Positions 46,949 to 59,100 of a stretch of 63,354 bases of DNA are shown piece by piece (position 1 is the stretch's first letter; each line of letters opens with the position of its first letter). Source of the DNA: Emiliania huxleyi CCMP1516 (Eukaryota); assembly GCF_000372725.1 (NCBI RefSeq), contig NW_005201318.1, forward strand, positions 164,342-227,695, in the 5' to 3' direction. The notes under the pieces are model-generated. The model made no database searches. It was not told the DNA's origin and was given only the letters and a program-made list of their open reading frames with translations. Position numbers and translations under genes: made by a program.

Positions 46949-47812
46949 GGTGAACCTTCTTTTGTACACCGCTAGGATTGAGAGCAGCGCTGCTCTCAAT
47001 CCTAGAAGTCGAAGGATTGTGAGCAGCACTCCTCGCAATCGTAGCATCTCTGTACGATTGCTAGCACCTACGCTCGCAATCCTACATCTTCTAGGACTGA
47101 GAGCAGCTCCGCTCCCAAAGTGACTGACTGGTGACGCCTACGACTACTACCAGCGCGCTCGCAATCCGAGCAAAGTCTAGGATTGCGAGCAGCACGGCTC
47201 ACAATCCGAGCAACATGCCTCCGATTGCGAGCAGTAGCGCTCGCAATCCTACATCTTGTAGGACTATGAGCGGCGGCGCTCACAATCGTACCAAAGATCC
47301 AAGGATTGCTAGCGAAACAGAGGGCACTCCCAATCGCTCCAGCCGCGAGCGCTTGTGAGTGAGCGCGCCGGGAGGGTCTCCTCACAATCCAACAGTGATC
47401 GCACCGATTGCGAGGGGACCCGCTCGCAATCCTAGAAGTCGTAGGACTGTGGGCGGTGTCGCTCGCAATCGGCGAACGTTTTAAGGATTGCGAGCGCTCC
47501 TGCTCGCAATCGGAGGCTTGTCGCTAGGATTGTGAGCAGTGCTGCCCGCAGTCCTAGACTTTGCTCGGATTGCGAGCGCGCTGGTAGTAGTCGTAGGCGT
47601 CACCAGTCATCTTGGGAGCGGAGCTGCTCTTAGTCCTAAGGGGAGAATTCAGAATAAAGCCGTAGAAGATGTATGTAGGATTGCGAGCGTAGGTGCTAGC
47701 AATCGCACAGAGATGCTACGATTGCGAGGAGTGCTGCTCACAATCCTTCGACTTCTAGGATTGAGAGCGAGGCTGCTCTCAATCCTAGCGGTGTACAAAA
47801 GAAAGGTTCACC
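46949..47812. mobile_element. Mutator/Foldback-like non-autonomous element
   Basis: Inverted repeats of about 300 bp starting GGTGAACC and ending GGTTCACC. 9-bp TSD CACACACAG at 46940-46948 and 47813-47821. Internal GATTGCGAGC/GCTCGCAATC palindromic units. Confidence 0.9.
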
Positions 47813-49539
47813 CACACACAGATCACGCAGTTTCACACCAGGTGAGTTGAGAGGTCAGAGACGAGAGAAATTAGAGTTTATTTGTTGTTCACAGTCAAAG
47901 AGGGTTGAGTTCGTGGAGAAGGAGAATTTTACAACAAAACTCCCTCGCACGACACTGGGCACGGGACTGGCGCGCACTGGCACTAGCACAGGTACACCGA
48001 GAATCTCACTAGGGGCAGGCGACAGCCGCACCACGCGACGCGCCCCAAGTCCCACGCACAACAAAACTCTCCAGCGTTTCGCCGCGAAGGCTGCACACCA
48101 TCCGTGCTCTGCTCCAGCCCCAGCACCGCAGCTCTGTCCCCTGCCCAATCCCCGCATGACTCAGACATGGGGTTGCGGCCACGCGTCAACCGGCGAGCAA
48201 CCCGCACGTCCAGCGGCTGATGCACTCGCCGCAGGCTGATCTCCTCGGCGGCGGCGCGCTCGAGCTGTAGAGAGGACAGAGGGCGCACGCGGTGAGCGTG
48301 CGAGCAAGGGTGAGCGAGAGAGGGAGCCGGTGGGCGAGAGGAAGAGGATGATGGAATGTCTGCGTATGCATATGCGGGAGCGGCGCGCACGGAAGCGTAA
48401 AGTCGAGGTCGTCATCGTCCTCAACCTCATCGAGATGCCTGCGCCGCGCAGGGGCGCCCCTCGGCCCGGGGTGGGGTGGGGTGGGGTGGGGGGGGGGTGG
48501 GGGGGGGAAGGGAAGCGCAGCCTCAGGCTGCAGCAGCGGGCTGGACACGGCCCCATGTAGGGCTGTCTCCCCCAAGCAGCCGCGCGGCTGCGCGTATGCT
48601 CAGCGCGCTGAGTCCGCGTGAAGGAGGGGCGCGGGGAGAGGCGGGCGGCAATCGCACCAGCCATCTCGCTGCAGCTGCTGCTCATAGAAGGACTCGCCGA
48701 GGCCCTCCTGCTAGCAACGGCAACAAGCACGAGACGGTCGGAAAAGGCCGGGCACAAGGCAGCACGGCACTCGCGCGCCAGCCAGCCCCAGCCGCCCCCC
48801 CAGCCCTGTCCGACACCCTGTGCGCATGCAATCTCGCCGCGGGCCGCCCAAAATGAGGCGGGAACAGTGGAGGCGTGGACGCACCAGCTCTGTGTCGGTG
48901 TGCGCCAGCGAAGCGTAGCCGCCGCCCTTCCCCCTGCCCGCCAGGCCGCGCTCTGCGAAGCAGCGGCGCGCCAGTCAGCGTGTGGGCGTCTGCGGCCGGG
49001 ATGTCGCGGGACAGCGGACCAGCCAGCATGGCAGGGTGGCTGCGGCGTCGCACGCAGGGGCGCGCTTCTCTGCAGCGCGCGCGCGCTTGCACTGCTCACG
49101 CAACGCACCTATACGTCCCTTGGCACTCTGCAGCATCTGCATCAAGGCGGGCACGGTGCAGAGGCAATATTGAAAGAGGAGAGGAGGCGAACAGAGAGGA
49201 GAGGCGAGCCGCGCTGCGCAGAGCAGCTTGCAGTGAGAAATATCGGGTCGTGCGTAGGGACCCTACTGTGGGCGCCAGGCATCCCTCCGGGGGCCCCTCT
49301 GCGCGCCGGGGAGGCGTTGTTGGAGGCTAGGACGCAAGCGTCCGTCGCCTTTTTTCAAACTCGGGGCCCACTCCGCTACGCTCCGACCCGAATTTAACCT
49401 CCTCTGCCAGGGGCCCCTCCATCCACTCGCCTGCACCTGCTCGAACCCTGAGCACTGTGCGGCGTTGCACGCTCGAAGTCGTGCATGATGTAGTAATTAT
49501 TGTCTTGAGTATTGCGCGTCTCTCGACAGAGCGCGCTAG

Positions 49540-52180
49540 CCTCTACCCCTTCGGTCCGTCGAATCTCGGCGCGGCAGATGCGACGCCGAGACTGACGAAA
49601 CCTCCCTGTGGTGGGCTGCTGAGCCTCCCCACGCTCGACCTTTGAGGTAGTATGATGGAAGGGCGATGCCCGGAACGGCCTAAGCTCAGCTGAACCCCAC
49701 GCAAAGACCTCCTTGAATCCACCGTCAAAGATAAGGGCAACTGGCGGTTGAGTCGCTGACGCCGCACGACTATGCGCCCGAGCGACCGATCGCGATTATC
49801 GACCGATCTAGCAACTATCCCAACGAGTAGTCCGGTGCTCCGGTAAAACTCCCCCGCCCCCGCCGTAGCGATGACGATGAGGAAATAGCACCCGACGCGA
49901 GTCGGGCCTACACTCGCTTGGGTGGCAAGCACGCCACAGTTGCACTCATCAACAGTGTCAAGCACTATTGCCACTGTCGACTTAAACGATAGGAGCTGTC
50001 GACCTGATTGCTGCTACGTCGTGATCCAAATTTTGACTGAACGAAGATGATCCTGTCACACGGACTGCTGCTTCGACGTCGAAGAGCATTACTCCAACCG
50101 CGTCGACAATCAACCACTGTCGCCACATCGACCCATGGGCGGAAATCATGCGCCGCGCAAGGCAATTGAAGATCGCGACCAGTATAGTGTATCGATCGAC
50201 CTGCCCATCTGGCGTGCGCACTGAGCTGGTAGCAGACACTGGATCTCTCTGAATCTGAATCCGAGCGTGAGACTAATCAAGCATCTACCCAAAGTCCCTA
50301 CACAGAAAGAGGCGAGTGAGGGACTCTCTCGGCGGATCTCTGGACAGCCTCGGCCAGTCTCGGCCCACCTCGGCCAATCTCGGGGCCAATCTCGGGGCAA
50401 ATCTCGGCCAATCTCGGCCAACCCCGGCCAATCTCGGCCGACCTCGGCCAATCTCGGCCAACCTCGGCCTATCTCGGCCAGCCTTGGCCATCCTCGTCCA
50501 CCCTTGGCCCACGCGCCAACCACCTCGGCCCACGCGCCCAACCACCATGGCCCACGCGCCAATCTCCTTTGGTCGATGGCGGGCCCATCGAGTGCCCTCC
50601 CGCCATCGCCTCCGGCAACGCCCCAGTCGAGTCCGGTGTCATCAGTGACAGGTCATTCGACCGAGCCCGAACCCGCCCGACATCCTCGGCGGCCGCCTCT
50701 CAGACCCTACGCCACGCGGGCCGAAGGGTCAGAGATTGACCGTGGAGCGCGCCGCACTCGCCTGTTGCCCCACACGAACACCACGATCCCCATCTAGGAC
50801 GGGTAGTCGCGCGGGGCGCTCCCAGCCACACCGACATACTCGGGAGCATGTTGACGGCGCCACGTACCTCCATAACTACTCGGAGGGCGGCGTGTCGTGG
50901 CCCGCCTCCCGCCCTTGAGGGCGTCGAGACGGGGCCGACCGCGTCTGCCGTAATTAACGGCGGCGAGTGAATCGACCCTCGCCCATACCTTCATCCACGG
51001 CCATGCGACACGCGGAAGAAAGCTGAACGGGGGCCTAGGGTCGGTCGGCAGCAGACCGCCACTGCAGGCTGCTGCTCGACCGCCCTGGAATCAAAGGCGG
51101 GGATGCCAACCTCTCGTCTGGCCCACTGAATGTGTCTCCCGTACCCGGCCGCTGCTCCCGGCAGTAGCACGAATACGGCTGACTGTCCATCCGGACATTT
51201 GAAAGTATCAACTCGCACCCGGTCCCCGCTCCCGGCAGGAACACGAGCACGAGCCAGCTGGGTTCTGCTCCCGGCAGGACCAACAGCTGAGATACTCTCG
51301 TCTCTCACGCTCGGTCCCTGAGACCAGTTACACGAGCGCGAGAGTCAGCCGGGCCCCGCTCCCGGCAGGACCACAATTGAATACAGCGAACGTACAGGCT
51401 CGAGGTGGCATCGCCTCCTGATCCGCAGCGGTTGCAGTCGCTACGAGTAGTACGCTCGCGGTCCACCACCCTACACTGAGCGGGGCGCGGATCCGCAAAG
51501 GTGAACCACGGCGACCATCCCGTGCTTCCAGTCGTTCTTGAGCGAATCGAGAAACTGCTCGGGGGTGTCGGGCAGCCGCTTGGAGAGCGCGGAGGCGGCG
51601 CCGGAGACGTTGGCGTCAGGCGAAGACTGAAACCAGGCCTGACACCTCCTTGGAGTTGTTCCAGCGCATCGCGATGGCGAGTCGGGGCGAGCGATCGATG
51701 GTGGGGGTAAGAGAGGCATTCACCTTTGGGTCGACGCGAGGAGGGGCCTCGGACTGCAGGTAGTACTGGATTGCCTCGTCGAGGCGCGGATCGTGGCCAG
51801 GCGTCATCGATCGCAGGCAGAGGATGTTTGGGATGGCGAGGCAATCGATCTCTGTCTGTTTTGAAGTCGCCGTCTTTTGGCGCCATGTGCATCCACACAA
51901 AGTCCGCGCCTGCGCCACGATCCGTCGCGTCGCGCAGCCGCATCTGCGACGACGGGTCGACATAGCAGAATCCAAAAACCTTGATGCGCGCCATCCTCGT
52001 GGCCTCTTCTCGCGCCGCCGCCGACTGCATCTCGTGTGCAGTTGTCGGCGTGACTCTTCGAGTTCTCGCTGGAGGCGCTCCACCATGTGCTGGTGGTCCG
52101 CCCGCTCGACTTCGTCTGGCCACCTGGGAGTCTCGCGTCGAACGCCTTCGACCCTGTTCACGACGCTGTTCACGAGCTGT
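49540..52180 (-). pseudogene. Decayed coding-like region of unknown family (possible TE or viral remnant)
   Basis: Protein-like segments (MVERLQRELEESRRQL, KVFGFCYVD, LDEAIQYYLQS, FLDSLKNDWKHG) hop between frames without clear splice sites. Confidence 0.3.
50349..50490. repeat. 10-bp tandem repeat (AATCTCGGCC)n
   Basis: More than a dozen imperfect CTCGGCCAAT units. Related motifs at 28788-28824 and 61896-61932. Confidence 0.9.
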
Positions 52181-52347
52181 TCTCGAGCAGCCAGTAGTTG
52201 TCGCGGCTGTACAGCCGCTTCGACGGTCGTTCCATACCCACCAGATCACTACGGCACCAGGACGGGCTGGTGTGCTCGGCTCAAGTCGAGCGTGTGGGTG
52301 ACCTCTCGGTCGCAGCCTCACGCGCAGGGCAACGGGCGCAAGAGGTA

Positions 52348-52595
52348 GGAAGCCGCCGGATGTAAGTGGGGCGGGTTTGCTGCTGCGGGGTCCACTCCCG
52401 GGCCGAAGCGCCCAAATCAGCAGGTCGAGGAGCGAGGCGGGCCCGGCGAGGAGAAAACCGGCCCGGCAAAAGCATGCTCGGCGGCCCGGGAGCGGCCACT
52501 TTTGACCCGGCCGGGGCCCGCCGCGGTGCCCCTGCCGGGCCCGGATCCGGCCCCGCCCGGGCCGTCCGGGGCCCCAGTTATATCCGGCGGCTTCC
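52348..52595. mobile_element. MITE of about 250 bp with TA flanks (Tc1/mariner-like)
   Basis: GGAAGCCGCCGGATGTAA...TTATATCCGGCGGCTTCC inverted termini with TA on both sides. Confidence 0.7.
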
Positions 52596-52860
52596 TACGT
52601 AGGTGACGATCTTACGCGCGAGACACGGTCCGACCGTGACAGGGCTTGACGCGTCAAAGGACCTCGTGAGCGGTGCTTTCCCCCCCGTTCTGTGGCGAGA
52701 CACGCAAGCTGCGCGACCGCGCCTGTGCGTGACGGCACAGCGGCTAGTTCCAATTCATTCTGACACGCTAATCTTGAAAACGTCCAACGGAGCTCCGTGT
52801 TGCTCCCCAACACGTCGCGACATCGTCCGATGATGGTGCCGCAAAGTCAGACTTCGGAGG

Positions 52861-55342
52861 CTATCGTGGGGTCGAGCCGGCACCCACGAGTTGGGGAGTT
52901 TTGACCGGCCTCTGCCATCGCCTGCGTGCCAAGAGTCCAAACGCAAAATCGCCCCCCTCAGTGTGCGCCCGGAACTCGAGGAGCGGCGGGGTCAGGGCTC
53001 TCGGACGACCGGTCGTATGGGAGAGTCTGCGCTGGTGCGCGTCTCGAAACACATCACTCGCCCTCTCGCAGCACACAGCGTGCACTCGCCTCTCGCGCTC
53101 TCGACGCACATCCTCTCGGGGCCTTCGCGAGCTGAGCTGCACACGACGACCTCCCCGCACGTTCGGAGACAAGTCTCTGGGGACAGTCACACAGTCTCGT
53201 TCGCACTGGCTGCCCGCGGCGCGTCGCGAAGAGACCTCTTCTCTGTAAAGCGCCTCAGCCGCGTTGCCAGTCGACTCAGCGCCGTGCCCAACTCTCGATG
53301 CCGTAGCCTGAGGTGCAGAAGCGCTCGCCCTGCACGTTGCCACTCTTGCGCTCAAGAGGTTCGGGTTGAACTTGCTGCCCGCATAGCGCCCCACGGCCCT
53401 CGCGGAGGGCGGCAGCGAGGCGCAGGCGGGCGGCGCTGGCGGCGGCGGCGACCGCTGGCGGGCGACGGTTGCCTCGTTGTACAGCTCTGGTGCGCGGTCT
53501 CGCGTCGGATTGGTCGAAAAGTGGATGTGCCAGTTGACGCCCGGGAAGGGCGACGCGCCCTGCATCGACTCGCGCGCGCGCGACGCGTCCTCGATGCTCT
53601 CAAACTCGACAAAGGCAACAAGTTTGCCGTTGCGATCGTAGCGCGTCCGGCACGACTCGTAGCCGACAAAGCCGCGGAAGTAACGCTCGAGGACGCCGTC
53701 CGTGATGTCGGACGGAAGCTCGGGAAGGAAGAGCGTCTGGGATGGCTGTGCACGGCTCAGGCCGGCGGGAGGGGGGGGCTGGCGCGGCTGCAGGTAGTCT
53801 GGCGGCGGCATGAAGCTGCCGGCGAACGGGTTCGTCGATGGCGGCGGCGGTGGCGAGGTCAGTCGCGGAGGAGGGGGCGGAGGTGGCACCCGCATGACCG
53901 AGCGCGCCGGGGGCGGCGCTTGGGGCGGGTGGCGGGGCTCCGGGCGGGCTGCGAGCCGCGGGCCCCACCGCTTCTCGTTGGTGCGCGTGTTGACCCAGAA
54001 GCACCGGCCCGGTGCGCTGCTGTGGCTGTGCATCAGCAGCCAGTCGCCCGAGTCGTCGGGCGGCGGCAGCGGCGGCGGCTCGAACTGCCAGAAATCGAAC
54101 GGCGGCGGCGGCGGCGGCGGCTGTGGGTACGGCGACTGGTGCGATGGCTGGTGCGGCGGCAGGTACCGCGGCAGGTACTGCGCCTGCGGCTCGATCTCGA
54201 ACTGCGGGCGCGGCGGGTGCTGCTCGTGCTGCGGCGGCGGGAACAGCGGCGGCGGCGGCGGCTGCGCGAAGGCCCCCGGATTGTACCAGCCATCGGTTGG
54301 CGGCTGGTGCGGCCGGCACGGCTGCTGCTGCGGCGGCGGCGGCGGCGAGGGGCGGGGGGCGGGGATGGCGTCCTCCTGCTCTCGCTGCCACTTGATGCGG
54401 ATCGCCTTGTACATGGCCTGAAACGTCCAGCAGAAGTTCTGCGCGAGCAACGCAAGGGACACGGGTCAGTGCATACGGGCAGTGAGTCAGGACGGGTGTG
54501 CGAGCACGCCTTGTGCGAGGTGTTGATCCACAGGTCCGGGCACTTGCGGCCGTGGTTTGTGAAGATGTTTGTGAGAAAGACAGCCTTGGCACCGCTCGAG
54601 AGCTTGAGGTCGACCTCTCGCGCCTGCAGGCGCCCCACGTGTAGCGAGGAGCCAGCCCACGCGACCTTCGTCTGCTCGACGAAGGCCTGCGCCGCCTCGT
54701 GCACCTTCTTGGACATGCTCGCCGCGGCCGCAGCCTCCGCAACATCGGGCACGGACTTGAGGAGCAGCGCGCACTCCTCGCTGTTGATCCACCGCAGAGC
54801 AAGCAGAAGGGTCTGAGACGGAGGGGGGCGGACCGGCGGTCAGGTGCGCCGGCGGTAGGGAATGTGCGCTGGCGATAGAACGTGTGCGCATGAGCCTGCT
54901 TGTCGATGCGAGGGTCGCCGGTCTGCAGGGCGTACTCCAGGGCATTGTTGAGCTCGGGCGACTGGCCATCCATCCGTGCGACGCCCACAACGAGGTCCGG
55001 TAGCGTGAGGCCCTCGAGTTGGCTTTGACGGAAGGAACCGGGCTGCGCCGCATGGTGGATGGCAAGCGCATACGCGGGCTCGGGGTTGTGGTCGACGGGG
55101 CACAGACACATCTGCGACCTCTCCCCAACGAGCTTGGCGCGGCCGAAGAGCTTTCTTTCTGCCTGCTCCAGCCGAATCCGCGCCGCGTCTCTGGCCTCGA
55201 ACCCGGCGAGCCGGCCGTCTCTCTCTTCGAGCTGCACGCGGTACTGCTCCAGCTGCGCCGTGACGTGTGGACTGAACGCCGGCGTGCGCGCAAGCGGCCC
55301 GGGCACGTAGGTGTTTGGGTCCAACTCGTGCCGTCCGACCAT
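52861..55342 (-). CDS. Protein with an unknown N-terminal domain, Pro-rich regions, a WW-like domain and an RRM; spliced, 3' end uncertain
   Basis: WLLMHS...GRCFWVNTRTNEKRW (WW-like). TLFLPELP...LVAFVEFES (RNP2/RNP1). Introns near 54815-54840 and 54435-54508. Confidence 0.7.
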
Positions 55343-55350
55343 GTAGGGGC

Positions 55351-55413
55351 TTGGGGCCTGGAGCCCTGTTCACGCGCGCGCGAGACGTGCAGACAGGGTT
55401 GCCAGGTGAGAGC
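55351..55413 (-). mobile_element. CRE-like fragment (ORF end plus start of 3' UTR)
   Basis: Reverse complement of 12876-12938 (GCTCTCACCTGGCAACCCTG...CCAGGCCCCAA). Confidence 0.85.
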
Positions 55414-56108
55414 TCTCTCTCAAAACCCCGGTGACGCCACAGATGAAATGCTCCACTGGGCTCCCGGCACGCGCCTGCGCGGCGGCGAGCAGTGAAGAGG
55501 CGCGGAAAGCTGATTTTTTTACTTTTGGACGCATTTCGGGCTCCGTACTGGTTGACGCAGAGCCGCACGCACCGACCGGCGCCGTTTGCGACCACGAGGG
55601 CGGATGCTGGCCATCCCGGGCTCTGTGCACATCGGCAGCACGCGCTCTACGCGCTCCGCTATCCAGATCTTGGCGCCCCACCTCGAGAGCGCCGTTTTTA
55701 TCTCGTGCAATCTCGAGCCGAGGAGATTAGGCCGAGATCGCTTTGAGCTGCGGGAGATGTTTGGTAGAGCACCGGGGCACAGCTTCGTAGCACGTAGCAC
55801 GAAGTTTGAAACGCAGCTGTCGAAAAAGAAAGAGTTTTTTGTTTTTCTTTTTCATGTACGTGTTTTTCTTTTTGAAGTTTGACATTTTAATATAAGACTT
55901 GTACGCTGTAGCAAAACACTGTACACGACTACAGACAGTCCTCTCCGCCCCCCCTCTCATCACTAGTTCTCTCTCTCAGAGGCGGAGGTGGAGGCGGAGT
56001 CAACAGTGACACGACACGGACACGACAGTGGCATGACAGGGACACAGACAGGCACGACAGGGGCAAGACAGGGACACGAGGCGGAGGAGGCTGGCCGCAG
56101 AGGCCCAC

Positions 56109-59100
56109 TCAAACCGCCAGGCCAAAGGAAGAGCGCCAGGAGCGGCCGCTACGCTCCTGCCCGGCACCCCGCCCTCGGAGCTCCACCCGGAAAGAGGTCG
56201 ACGCGTGGCTGCTGCGGCTGCTGCTGCGGCTGATGGCGCTGCTGCCGCCCCCGCCCGCCTTGCCGCCCTCCTCTGCGACGGCGTTCGCGCCCCGCCCGCC
56301 GCGCCAGACGTGCGAGAGCAGCAACAGCGCCGGCCGGACGAAGCGGAGGAGCAGCGCCGCCGCGGCGAGAGCGAGCGACGCCTGCAGGATGAGGGGGGTC
56401 GGCGGCGCGTCGCGCGGCAGCGAAGCGCGGTACAGGCCCTGCACGGCGAGCTGCGACGCGCTGAGGAGGCCGGCCGAGCCGGCGCAGAGGAGGACCAGCG
56501 CCGCCGACGGGAGCGCGTCGAGCGGCGCGCGCATGGCCCCGCAGCGAGCCGCCCGCGGCGACGAGGCCGCCATAGCCCCCGCGGCCGCCGGCCAGCGCAG
56601 TAGCCGGAGGAGGTCGAGGTTGAGGGGGGACAGGCCGACCAGGAGGACGGCGAGCCACCGCGGCGAGGGCGCGGCCCCCGGGTCCGCCGCGGAAGCGGAA
56701 GGGTCCGCCGCGGAAGGGTCCGCCGCGGAAGCGCCCAGCGGATGGCCCGGCGCTCCCGCGGCGACCGCCGCAAGGTTGAGGCGCGGCACCCGCCCCTCGG
56801 TACGGCGCGCCGGCGGGCGGCGCGCGCGGGCGAGCCAGAGGCGTCCCGGACGAGCCCCGCGAGCGAACCAGTGGCAGCCCGCGACGAGAGCGGCGGGGGC
56901 GGCGAGGAGGAGGGCGAGCGCGAGGGAGGACGCCATGAGCAGGGCGCAGGACGCCGGATCGGCCGCCGCCGCGCGCAGGGAGAAGGCTTCGCCCGCCTGC
57001 TGCTCGAGCGCGGCTGCGATGGCGCCGCCCCATTCGGCCCACACGCCACTCGCCGCCGAGGAGGCGCCCACCCCGCCCTCGTCCTCCGCGCCCACGAGGG
57101 CGGGGCGGACCGCCTCGTAGAGCAGCCTGCGCACCGAGAGGGCGTGCGCCGCCATCTCGAGCGCGGCGAGCGGCGGCAGCGCCACCGCGCCGAGCCTCGG
57201 CCGCCGGAGCGATGGGAAGCGCACGGCGAGGAACTGCAGCAAGACGGTGACAGAGAGGGTGAGGAGCATCACAAGGGCCTCGACGCCCGCCGGCGTGTCC
57301 GAGTCGGCCACCTCGCGCAACATGTCGGCGTACTGCTCGAGGAGNNNNNNNNNNNNNNNNNNNNNNNNNNNNNNNNNNNNNNNNNNNNNNNNNNNNNNNN
57401 NNNNNNNNNNNNNNNNNNNNNNNNNNNNNNNNNNNNNNNNNNNNNNNNNNNNNNNNNNNNNNNNNNNNNNNNNNNNNNNNNNNNNNNNNNNNNNNNNNNN
57501 NNNNNNNNNNNNNNNNNNNNNNNNNNNNNNNNNNNNNNNNNNNNNNNNNNNNNNNNNNNNNNNNNNNNNNNNNNNNNNNNNNNNNNNNNNNNNNNNNNNN
57601 NNNNNNNNNNNNNNNNNNNNNNNNNNNNNNNNNNNNNNNNNNNNNNNNNNNNNNNNNNNNNNNNNNNNNNNNNNNNNNNNNNNNNNNNNNNNNNNNNNNN
57701 NNNNNNNNNNNNNNNNNNNNNNNNNNNNNNNNNNNNNNNNNNNNNNNNNNNNNNNNNNNNNNNNNNNNNNNNNNNNNNNNNNNNNNNNNNNNNNNNNNNN
57801 NNNNNNNNNNNNNNNNNNNNNNNNNNNNNNNNNNNNNNNNNNNNNNNNNNNNNNNNNNNNNNNNNNNNNNNNNNNNNNNNNNNNNNNNNNNNNNNNNNNN
57901 NNNNNNNNNNNNNNNNNNNNNNNNNNNNNNNNNNNNNNNNNNNNNNNNNNNNNNNNNNNNNNNNNNNNNNNNNNNNNNNNNNNNNNNNNNNNNNNNNNNN
58001 NNNNNNNNNNNNNNNGCTGTAGCGCGGGTCGTTGGACCGCGTGCATCCGGGCACGTAGCATGAGCCGTCGTTGACGGTCGCCCACGAGCGGTAGGTCGGC
58101 GACGCGGAGTCGGTGCAACCGCCCCTTGGCCATTCGCAATCCTGCGCGCCGCCCTGCGTCGCGTTTGAGTTGTAGTTGACCGCGCTCGGCGCCATGCACC
58201 CGATCACGACCTCGCCGGCAGCGTGGCCGCTGCCGCCGCCGCAAAAGCCGTCGCTGACCGTCGCCGCCGAGTCAAAGCTAGGCGAGCGCGTGTCGGTGCA
58301 GCCAAAGATGGCGCACGAGCGGTCGTCGGCCGTCGCCCAGGCGGCAAAATTGGCCGCTCGCTCGTCGGTGCACCCAAAGACGTGCGGCACGCACGCGACG
58401 CCCTGGCCCGCCGCCTCGACGCGCCTGTGCCGCTCGCCGCAGAAGACTGGGACACAGGCACCCCCGCCGCTCACAGCGGCGGCCGCGTCGAAGTTCGCGG
58501 AGGAAGAGCTTGTGCAGCCGCGCAGTGAGAGGCCGCACGTGCCGTCGTCGAAGGTCGCGTCCGGGCTGTAGGCTGGATCGGACATGTTGGTGCAGCCGCC
58601 GAACCGGCACGCCTGCCCGGCCGCGCCAAAGTTCGCGGCCCCCGAGTCGGTGCAGTTCCCCCTCCCGCGGCACGCGCTCTCGTCGTGGAAGTGAGCGCCA
58701 GCGCTGTAGGCAAGGTCCGTCGGCGTTTTGCAGCCGCCGTAGCGGCAACTGCCGTCGTCCTTCTCCGCCCGCGGGGCGTAGTTGGATGCGGCAGCATCCG
58801 TGCAGCCGCGGGCCACCTGCTTGCACCCGGCATCAAAAGTGGCGCTCGAGTCGAAATCTGGTGCCGAGGGGTCGCGGCAGCCCGGCACAAAGCACACACC
58901 GCCACCCTGCGCGTCGGGGTCGTAGTTGGCAGCGCGAGGCTCTTCACTGCACCCGTGTGGCAACCAAACGCATTCATCCGGCTCAGAGACGGTCGTGCCG
59001 GGCGCGAAATTCGCGGCCGAGGGGAACGCACAGCCAGGCCGCACGCACGAGCCGTCGTTCTCCTCGGCAGCCGGGTCGTAGTTTTGCGAGGCCGAGTCAG

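Noticed and set aside
52891..54816. 641-aa plus-strand Arg-rich ORF and similar antisense ORFs (e.g. 7570-9222)
   Set aside because: GC-rich shadow frames opposite genes with recognisable domains.
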